NCBI GenBank assembly: GCA_039587355.1
Contig: JBDHIO010000004.1
Span: 88,733-152,732 of the forward strand
DNA length: 64,000 nucleotides
Reading direction: 5' to 3'
Origin: Gemmatimonadota bacterium
GTDB taxonomy: Bacteria; Gemmatimonadota; Gemmatimonadetes; Palauibacterales; Palauibacteraceae
Shown here: piece by piece, positions 58,119 to 64,000 of the stretch
Layout: every line of letters begins with the position of its first letter
Position numbering within the stretch: the first letter of the stretch is position 1
The notes under the pieces: model-generated
What the model saw: only the letters and a program-made list of their open reading frames with translations
The model's database searches: none
What the model was told of the DNA's origin: nothing
Made by a program: the position numbers and the translations under genes

Positions 58119-59336
58119 CTAATTGCTCCGCGCCCGCGGCAACTCGATCCGGAAGCTCGCACCCTCGGCCGCATCCTCCAGATGAATCGAGCCGCCGTGC
58201 ATGTCTTCCACGATCCGCTTCGTCAGCGAAAGCCCCACGCCCCATCCGCTCTCCTTCGTCGTGACTCCGATATCGAACAGCTTGTCGCGCACCTTGGGCG
58301 GGACCCCCGGCCCCGAATCGGACACACGGAATCCGAGCTGCTTGCCGTTCGGTCCGAGGTACTTGATCGAGATCCTCCCGCCGGTCCCGGTCATGGCATC
58401 GATCGCGTTCTTGATCAGGTTCTCGAACGCCCACTCCAACAGCGTGACGTTCCCCGTCACGGGCGGCGCATCGGCGTCCACGTCGATCTGGATCTGGATC
58501 GAGGAGCGCGAACTCATCGATGGGAGCCGCGCCTCGAAGTATCGTCGGAGATGCTCCACGATGTCGCGGACCGAAACAGGCTCGAGGGTCGGCTTGTGCC
58601 CGATCAACTCGAAGCGTCGCGACACCTTCTGCAGTCGCTGAACGTCCGCCGCCATCTCATCCACCAGGTCGAGCTCGCCGGGGATCTCCGAGGCCGGCCG
58701 CTCGCGTGCCTCCAGCACTTCGAGCCACCCCACCAGCGAACTCAACGGTGTCCCCATCTGGTGGGCAGACTCGCGTGCCATCGCAGACCAGACCCGTTCC
58801 CGCTCGCTTCGGAAGGACGTCACGAGGAACCACGCACCGCCGGACAGGATGGCCAGCAATGCGCCGATCTGCAGCCACGGAATCCAACGGAGCCGACGCA
58901 ACACGGCAGGCTCGCCGTAGTGTACACGGAGGTTCATCTCGGGGAAGTCGAGATGCTCACGCTGTCGATCCAGCTCCACCACATACGCCGCGATCTCCGC
59001 CCGCCCCTCCGGCGTCTCCGCGGTCGTGCCTCCGCCCGCCACCCGGTCCGGCAGATGCGCCCATGTGAAGAGGTTCCCCAGCGTATCCGTCGTGACTACC
59101 GGGATTCTCATCCGCTGCATCTCACCCAGCAATTGCCCCTGGGCGAGCCCCGCGAGGCTGTCCTGACTGGCCGGATCGGTCGTCGCCGTCAGGGCGAACA
59201 TGAGCGAATTGAACTGCTCGAAGACCCGAGCGTCACGCTGGAGGAACTGCGCCTGCTGGCGGGTGAAAACGATGAAGGACGTCAGGACAGCCGTAATCAG
59301 GACGGCGACAATGAGCGCCGTCACGCGCCGCGTCAC
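58119..59336 (-). CDS. Sensor histidine kinase (2 TM, periplasmic loop, HisKA + HATPase_c); no adjacent response regulator
   Basis: H-box ESAHQMGTPLSSLVGWLEVL, then N, G1 (DSGPGV) and G2 boxes. GTG at about 59336 overlaps the serS stop (GTGA). Confidence 0.8.
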   Translation of the reverse strand: MTRRVTALIVAVLITAVLTSFIVFTRQQAQFLQRDARVFEQFNSLMFALTATTDPASQDSLAGLAQGQLLGEMQRMRIPVVTTDTLGNLFTWAHLPDRVAGGGTTAETPEGRAEIAAYVVELDRQREHLDFPEMNLRVHYGEPAVLRRLRWIPWLQIGALLAILSGGAWFLVTSFRSERERVWSAMARESAHQMGTPLSSLVGWLEVLEARERPASEIPGELDLVDEMAADVQRLQKVSRRFELIGHKPTLEPVSVRDIVEHLRRYFEARLPSMSSRSSIQIQIDVDADAPPVTGNVTLLEWAFENLIKNAIDAMTGTGGRISIKYLGPNGKQLGFRVSDSGPGVPPKVRDKLFDIGVTTKESGWGVGLSLTKRIVEDMHGGSIHLEDAAEGASFRIELPRARSN

Positions 59337-60658
59337 GTGATCGGCTCTAGGCGCTCGAACCCGACGTACGAGTGGAGAGCTTCCGGGAGGTGGATGCCCT
59401 CTCCTTCCCGGTACCCGATCTCGAGCAGAACCACGACAAGTCGAGCCAGGGCGAGCGCCGAGCCATTGAGCGTGTGGGCGAATTCGGGCTTCTCTCCGAC
59501 CGCCGGGCGGAACCGGATGTTCCCACGTCGTGCCTGATAGTCCGTGTAGGACGAGCAGCTCGACACCTCGAGCCACGCGCCCACGCCGGGTGCCCAGATC
59601 TCGAGATCATACGTGATCGCGTTCGCGAACCCGAGATCGCCACCCGGCAGCAAGACGCGACGGTACGGCACTTCGAGGAGCTCCAGCACCCGCTCGGCGT
59701 GCCGGGTCAGCAACTCGTGCTGCTCGACCGAATCTTCGGGCCTGCAGATGCGAACGAGTTCGACCTTGTCGAACTGATGGACCCGCAGCATCCCGCGGGT
59801 GTCCTTCCCTGCGGCCCCCGCCTCCCGCCTGAAACAGGGCGTGTGGGCGACGTAGGCGAGCGGCAGGTCCGATCCATCCAAGATCTCATCCCGATGCAGG
59901 TTCGTGAGCGGGACTTCGGCCGTGGGGACCAGAAACAGATCGTCCGGGTCGGTCCTGTAGGCGTCCTCCTCGAACTTCGGAATGTGGCCGGTCGCCGTCA
60001 TCGAGTCCCGATTGACCATGAGCGGCGGCGCCACCTCGAGGTAGCCATGCTCGCGCGAGTGGAGATCCAACATGAACTGTATCAGCGCCCGACTCAGCCG
60101 GGCCCCGGCGCCCACGAGAAGCGGAAACCCCGACCCCGCGATCTTGGCTCCGCGTTCGAGATCCAGAGCGGGCGATGCTCCGCCCGGATAGTTCGCCTGT
60201 GCGGGTGAACGGCCCAGGCCGTGTGTGGCCCCGAGCTCCCAGTGGGGCGGAACGTCGTCCTCTCGCGGCGTACCCCATTCCGCGAGGACCGGCCCCTCCC
60301 CTTCCTCTCCCGGCGGAACCCGCTGGTCCGGGATGTTCGGTACGATCAGGAGGTTCTCACGGATCCGGGCCTCGACACCCGCCAGCTCCGAGTCGAGCTC
60401 CTTGATGCGGGCGGCCACCGCCTGCATCGCTTCGATCGCGCCGCTCGCGTCTTCACCCCGCCCTCGCGCCTCGCCGATCGCCTTCGATGCAGCGTTCCGC
60501 TCGGCCTTGAGGGCCTCGACGTCGGCGATGATGTCACGCCTGGATTCGTCCTCCGAGACGATCGCCCGCACGATTTCCCCGAGCGTACCGTCCCCTCGGG
60601 CCGCGAGCCCGGAGATCACGCCATCCGGATCCGATCGAATCGTCTTCAGATCAAGCAT
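59333..60658 (-). CDS. serS: Seryl-tRNA synthetase
   Basis: 441 aa. N-terminal coiled coil MLDLKTIRSDPDGV... and a class II core. Confidence 0.95.
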   Translation of the reverse strand: MLDLKTIRSDPDGVISGLAARGDGTLGEIVRAIVSEDESRRDIIADVEALKAERNAASKAIGEARGRGEDASGAIEAMQAVAARIKELDSELAGVEARIRENLLIVPNIPDQRVPPGEEGEGPVLAEWGTPREDDVPPHWELGATHGLGRSPAQANYPGGASPALDLERGAKIAGSGFPLLVGAGARLSRALIQFMLDLHSREHGYLEVAPPLMVNRDSMTATGHIPKFEEDAYRTDPDDLFLVPTAEVPLTNLHRDEILDGSDLPLAYVAHTPCFRREAGAAGKDTRGMLRVHQFDKVELVRICRPEDSVEQHELLTRHAERVLELLEVPYRRVLLPGGDLGFANAITYDLEIWAPGVGAWLEVSSCSSYTDYQARRGNIRFRPAVGEKPEFAHTLNGSALALARLVVVLLEIGYREGEGIHLPEALHSYVGFERLEPIT

Positions 60659-60697
60659 GCACGGCCCGCGGGTGCGCCGCGAAGCGAGGGTTCGACA

Positions 60698-61273
60698 TCA
60701 CAGCTTCCCATGTGTTCCCGGCTCGAGCACGCGATCCCCGCAATTCGGGTTTCTCAGATACCGGAAGAGAATCGTGTTGTCATCGAGGTCGATCTCGAGC
60801 ACCTCGAGTTTCACGTACTGATTGCAGATGAGGAACTGCGTCCGGTCACGACGGCTCTTCACCACGATGATGTCCCCGACCTCGACCCCGAACGGCGTCG
60901 AGGTTTCGTACCCGAACTCGGGCGCGACCGTGATCTCCTCGAAGGTCTCCGCACTCCGTTGGAGCCCGGCCTCGCTGACGCTGTCGGCGATCGCGCTGAA
61001 CGGGAGCAGCTGGGGCGTCCCGCCCTCGACTCGAAACATGAAATCCCACTGAGTCGTCTGGTCGACGCGAACCGACGCGTTGCCGATGGCATCGAACGCG
61101 GAGGGATCCTGGAGGCGGCCTGTCGAGAAGTCGAACAGAACAGTCTCCGACGGCTCGTCGGGGACGTTCAGAAGGAATTCATTGAACGGATCGTCACAGG
61201 CGACGACGACGAGCGCGAGCGCGAGCGCGAGGGACGCGGGGCCCCGACGAGTCCAACGTGGTATCCTGATCAT
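60698..61273 (-). CDS. Small lipoprotein, unknown function
   Basis: Internal ATG gives MIRIPRWTRRGPASLALALALVVVAC|DDP (lipobox). The upstream part of the track ORF is discarded. Confidence 0.5.
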   Translation of the reverse strand: MIRIPRWTRRGPASLALALALVVVACDDPFNEFLLNVPDEPSETVLFDFSTGRLQDPSAFDAIGNASVRVDQTTQWDFMFRVEGGTPQLLPFSAIADSVSEAGLQRSAETFEEITVAPEFGYETSTPFGVEVGDIIVVKSRRDRTQFLICNQYVKLEVLEIDLDDNTILFRYLRNPNCGDRVLEPGTHGKL

Positions 61274-61464
61274 GGCGCGGAAACTGTCGTCCCTTTCGCC
61301 TACCGGCAAGCAACCTGCGGAACCCGAAAACCCTTGAACCACGGCACATACCCCGGATGTGTCCGGTTCGTGCCGCAACGTGGCGAAGACCGGTACCCGG
61401 GCATAGCTTGCCAGCCGTCGGGGCCCGGGATGGGCCGGTGCGCCGGAAGCAGGGGGAGGGACGG

Positions 61465-62499
61465 ATGACGACGGATCTCAACGCCTTTGCGGTGATCCTT
61501 GCCGGGGGTATCGGTTCCCGCTTCTGGCCTGCCTCGACTCCCCACAGACCGAAGCAACTCCTGCCCCTCGCCGGCCACAAACCGCTGATCGAGGACACCC
61601 TCCAGCGTGCCGACGATCTCTTCGGCCCTCACCGTGTGGTGCTCGTTACGTCCGAGCATCTGGCGGAGACGTTCGGCCGGATGAGGGTTCTGAGCGATGT
61701 GGAGGTACTGGCCGAGCCGATGGCCAGCGGGACCGCCCCCGCGCTGGCCTGGGCGGCTCACCACATAGAACGGGACGCACCCGGCGCCGTGATGGTGTCG
61801 ATGCACGCGGATCACCGAATCGAACCGACCGAGGGTCTGCGGGAGTCGCTCGAGCGGGCGATCGACCTCGCCGCGCAAGGCTACCTCGTTTGCATCGGCG
61901 CTCGACCCGATCGTCCGGAGACCGGATACGGGTACGTGCACCTCGGCGCAGACCTCGGGGACGGTGGGTACGAGGTCGAAGCGTTCGTGGAGAAGCCCGA
62001 TGCCGAGACGGCCGCCGATTACGTGCGGGGCGGCGAGCACCTCTGGAACACGGGCATCTTCGTCTGGAGGTGCTCCGATCTTCTCGAGGCGATCTCGCGA
62101 CTGGCGCCCGAGCTTCCGCTCGCTCCCCTGGATGCGGGTGACGTGGGAGGCTTCTTCGAGGGCTGCGAGAACATCGCGATCGACGTGGCCGTCATGGAGC
62201 GGACCGACCGCGTCGCGACGGTCGAGGCGCGTTTCGACTGGGACGACGTGGGTGTCTGGGACGCCGTGGCGCGGACCCGGGAGAACGACGGCGCCGGGAA
62301 CGCCGCGGTCGGTGCAGTCCGCCTGGTAGAGGCGGAGAACAACGTCGTATGGACCGAGACCGTGCGAGCCAACGTCGTCGGGGTCTCGGATCTCGTGATC
62401 GTCGAGGCGAACGGCGAGCTCCTGGTGATGCCTCGCGCCGAGTCGGCCAACCTTCGCCAGGCGCGCGGGAAACTGGACGCTCTGGACGGGGAAGACTGA
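61465..62499 (+). CDS. manC: Mannose-1-phosphate guanylyltransferase (GDP-mannose pyrophosphorylase)
   Basis: Starts MTTDLNAFAVILAGGIGSRFWPAS, nucleotidyltransferase fold. The track ORF start at 61357 is rejected. Confidence 0.85.
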   Translation: MTTDLNAFAVILAGGIGSRFWPASTPHRPKQLLPLAGHKPLIEDTLQRADDLFGPHRVVLVTSEHLAETFGRMRVLSDVEVLAEPMASGTAPALAWAAHHIERDAPGAVMVSMHADHRIEPTEGLRESLERAIDLAAQGYLVCIGARPDRPETGYGYVHLGADLGDGGYEVEAFVEKPDAETAADYVRGGEHLWNTGIFVWRCSDLLEAISRLAPELPLAPLDAGDVGGFFEGCENIAIDVAVMERTDRVATVEARFDWDDVGVWDAVARTRENDGAGNAAVGAVRLVEAENNVVWTETVRANVVGVSDLVIVEANGELLVMPRAESANLRQARGKLDALDGED

Positions 62500-63701
62500 T
62501 GTCGGAGCATCTCGTCGCTGTCGTCTTCGATGACGAGACAGCGGACGGATTCGCGCCGTTCTCGCTCACGCGCCCGACCGGCGAGATCCGGTTCGGCCGC
62601 TGGTCCGCGCGCGAGCGGCTGGAACGGGCGATCGGAGGTTCAGTCGCCGGTCACGTGACCCGCCCCTGGCTCGCGTCGTTTCACGAGCCCGGCGCGCCGC
62701 CCGTCGTCCCTCGGGAGGCGACCGGGGCCGGCACGCCGCGAGTACTGTGGTCTTCCCGGGCGATCCTCGATGCCCCCCTCCCCGAGGGCCCCCGGACGAA
62801 TGTCCTGATCGAAGGAAGGTTCGCCGGGGTGCTGCTGGAGGCGGGAGACGAAGGTCCGGATGAGGACTGGTTCCGATCCCCCACCGCAGTTCCCGATATA
62901 CCGCAGGTCGAGGTCGCCGGCTCATGGGTCGATGCTCCCTGGGATCTGGTGTCCGGGGGCCCCGCTCGCCTTCTGCGCGATCTCGAGTCGACAAACGCCT
63001 CGCCCGGAGGCGTCCCCGCCGGTGTTCACCACCTGGGCGACGCGGCGATCCACCTGGGGGACGGCGCCACGATCGAACCCGGTGTCCTCCTCGACGTCAG
63101 GCATGGCCCGATCGTCCTCGGCGACGGAGTCGAAGTCCGGGCCGGCGCCCGACTCGAGGGGCCGCTCTACGCGGGCGACCATTCGAAGCTGCTCGGCGGC
63201 GCCGTCTCGGTGCTTTCCGCCGGCCCGTTCTCCTACCTCCGCGGCGAGATCGAGGAGGTTACGACGTTCGGCTACTGCAACAAGGCGCACGATGGGTTCC
63301 TAGGCCATGCGGTCCTCGGCCGCTGGGTCAACCTCGGTGCGATGACGACGAACAGCGACCTCAAGAACAACTACGGGTCGGTCCGCATGGGGCCGCCGGA
63401 CGGGATGGTCGACACGGGCCTCGTGAAGGTCGGCTGTCTCATCGGCGACCATGTGAAGACGGGGATCGGGGTCCTACTGAACACCGGCACCATCGTGGGG
63501 GCGGGTTCGAACATCTACGGTGCCGAGCTGCCGCCCAAGTGGATCCCCCCCTTCTCGTGGGGCGAGGGCGTGGAACTCTCGGAGTACCGACGCGATGCGT
63601 TCCTGGCTACCGCGGCTACGGTGATGCCCCGTCGCGGCCAACCGTCCGGTGACCAGGTCATGGAGTGGCTCGGAGCGGTCTGGGACGAGGCCCGCCGGTG
63701 A
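62499..63701 (+). CDS. Putative sugar-phosphate nucleotidyltransferase with C-terminal left-handed beta-helix (GlmU-like)
   Basis: MSEHLVAVVFDDETADGFAPFSLTRPTGEI... N-terminal nucleotidyltransferase-like region, then hexapeptide repeats (IHLGDGATIEPGVLLDVRHGPIVLGDGVEVRAGARLEG...). ATG overlaps the manC stop (TGATG). Confidence 0.7.
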   Translation: MSEHLVAVVFDDETADGFAPFSLTRPTGEIRFGRWSARERLERAIGGSVAGHVTRPWLASFHEPGAPPVVPREATGAGTPRVLWSSRAILDAPLPEGPRTNVLIEGRFAGVLLEAGDEGPDEDWFRSPTAVPDIPQVEVAGSWVDAPWDLVSGGPARLLRDLESTNASPGGVPAGVHHLGDAAIHLGDGATIEPGVLLDVRHGPIVLGDGVEVRAGARLEGPLYAGDHSKLLGGAVSVLSAGPFSYLRGEIEEVTTFGYCNKAHDGFLGHAVLGRWVNLGAMTTNSDLKNNYGSVRMGPPDGMVDTGLVKVGCLIGDHVKTGIGVLLNTGTIVGAGSNIYGAELPPKWIPPFSWGEGVELSEYRRDAFLATAATVMPRRGQPSGDQVMEWLGAVWDEARR

Positions 63702-64000
63702 GTCTGTCCGTCGCCTCTCTCGGCAGCGGCAGCCGGGGAAACGCGTTTCTGGTCGAGGCTGAAGATGTTCGACTGCTGATCGATGCGGGCTTCAGCGGCG
63801 CGCAGCTGGCGCGGCGGCTCGATCAGCTCGAAGTGGACGCCGAGTCCATCGACCTGGTGGTAGTGACCCACGAACATCGGGATCACACGAGCGGGATGGG
63901 CGTCGGCGCTCGCCGGTGGGGTTGGCCTCTGGCGATGAACTCCGCCACGCGCCGGGCGTGCGATTCACTTCTCCGCGGGGAAGAGCGGACGAGAGAACTG
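63698..64000 (+). CDS. MBL-fold metallo-hydrolase, N-terminal fragment (runs off the window end)
   Basis: GTG at 63698 overlaps the upstream stop (GTGA). Gives VSLSVASLGSGSRGNAFLVEAEDVRLLIDAGFSG...VVVTHEHRDH (HxHxDH metal motif). Confidence 0.7.
   Translation, partial: MSLSVASLGSGSRGNAFLVEAEDVRLLIDAGFSGAQLARRLDQLEVDAESIDLVVVTHEHRDHTSGMGVGARRWGWPLAMNSATRRACDSLLRGEERTREL

Noticed and set aside
1-64000. tRNA/rRNA genes, CRISPR arrays, IS elements, integrases, prophage or defence-island genes
   Set aside because: No T-loop/acceptor-like sequences, no regularly spaced direct repeats, and no transposase or integrase-like ORFs were seen by eye. A formal tRNAscan/CRISPR search was not possible.

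Overview
The G+C content is visibly high (roughly two-thirds by eye, not computed). The window reads as a core chromosomal region of a bacterium. The conserved nusA-infB-rbfA-truB-ribF-rpsO-pnp block and archaeal-type ProRS are consistent with Gemmatimonadota or a related lineage (low-confidence inference). Nearly all genes are housekeeping and sit on the minus strand, in one co-directional run from about 55.1 kb down to 26.5 kb:
- murA-yfiH
- rimP-nusA-ylxQ-infB-ylxP-rbfA-truB-ribF
- rpsO, pnp, an M16 peptidase, ald
- mreB-mreC-mreD-mrdA-rodA
- accD-folC-bacilliredoxin-like-hisS-proS-guaA-nif3

Other blocks:
- A heat-shock pair hsp20-clpB.
- A plus-strand OPT transporter, a lipoprotein and mlaEFD.
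- serS, an orphan histidine kinase and pcrA.
- Two nucleotidyltransferases followed by an MBL hydrolase.
- purH, purN, selA, a lipoprotein and valS.

The least housekeeping-like part is a tightly packed minus-strand operon at 6.4 to 16.3 kb: trxA, rsmI, a 1136-aa two-TM acidic coiled-coil protein (DUF4175/Bat-like), a secreted TPR protein, a 424-aa secreted protein, an aminotransferase and a TM/Pro-rich protein. It is the best candidate for an under-described envelope system.

Recurrent sequence-level features:
- 4-nt NTGA start/stop overlaps at more than 15 gene junctions.
- A strongly SD-led 27-codon uORF ending TAATG on the mreB start.
- A sigma70-like promoter plus hairpin/U-tract attenuator in the rimP-nusA leader.
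- A near-consensus promoter in an AT-rich island upstream of rpsO.
- A structured pnp leader.

No rRNA, tRNA, CRISPR, IS or integrase features were seen. The many long ORFs in the six-frame track that lie antisense to, or out of frame with, the called genes are treated as high-GC artefacts. Manual coordinates may be off by 1 to 3 nt.
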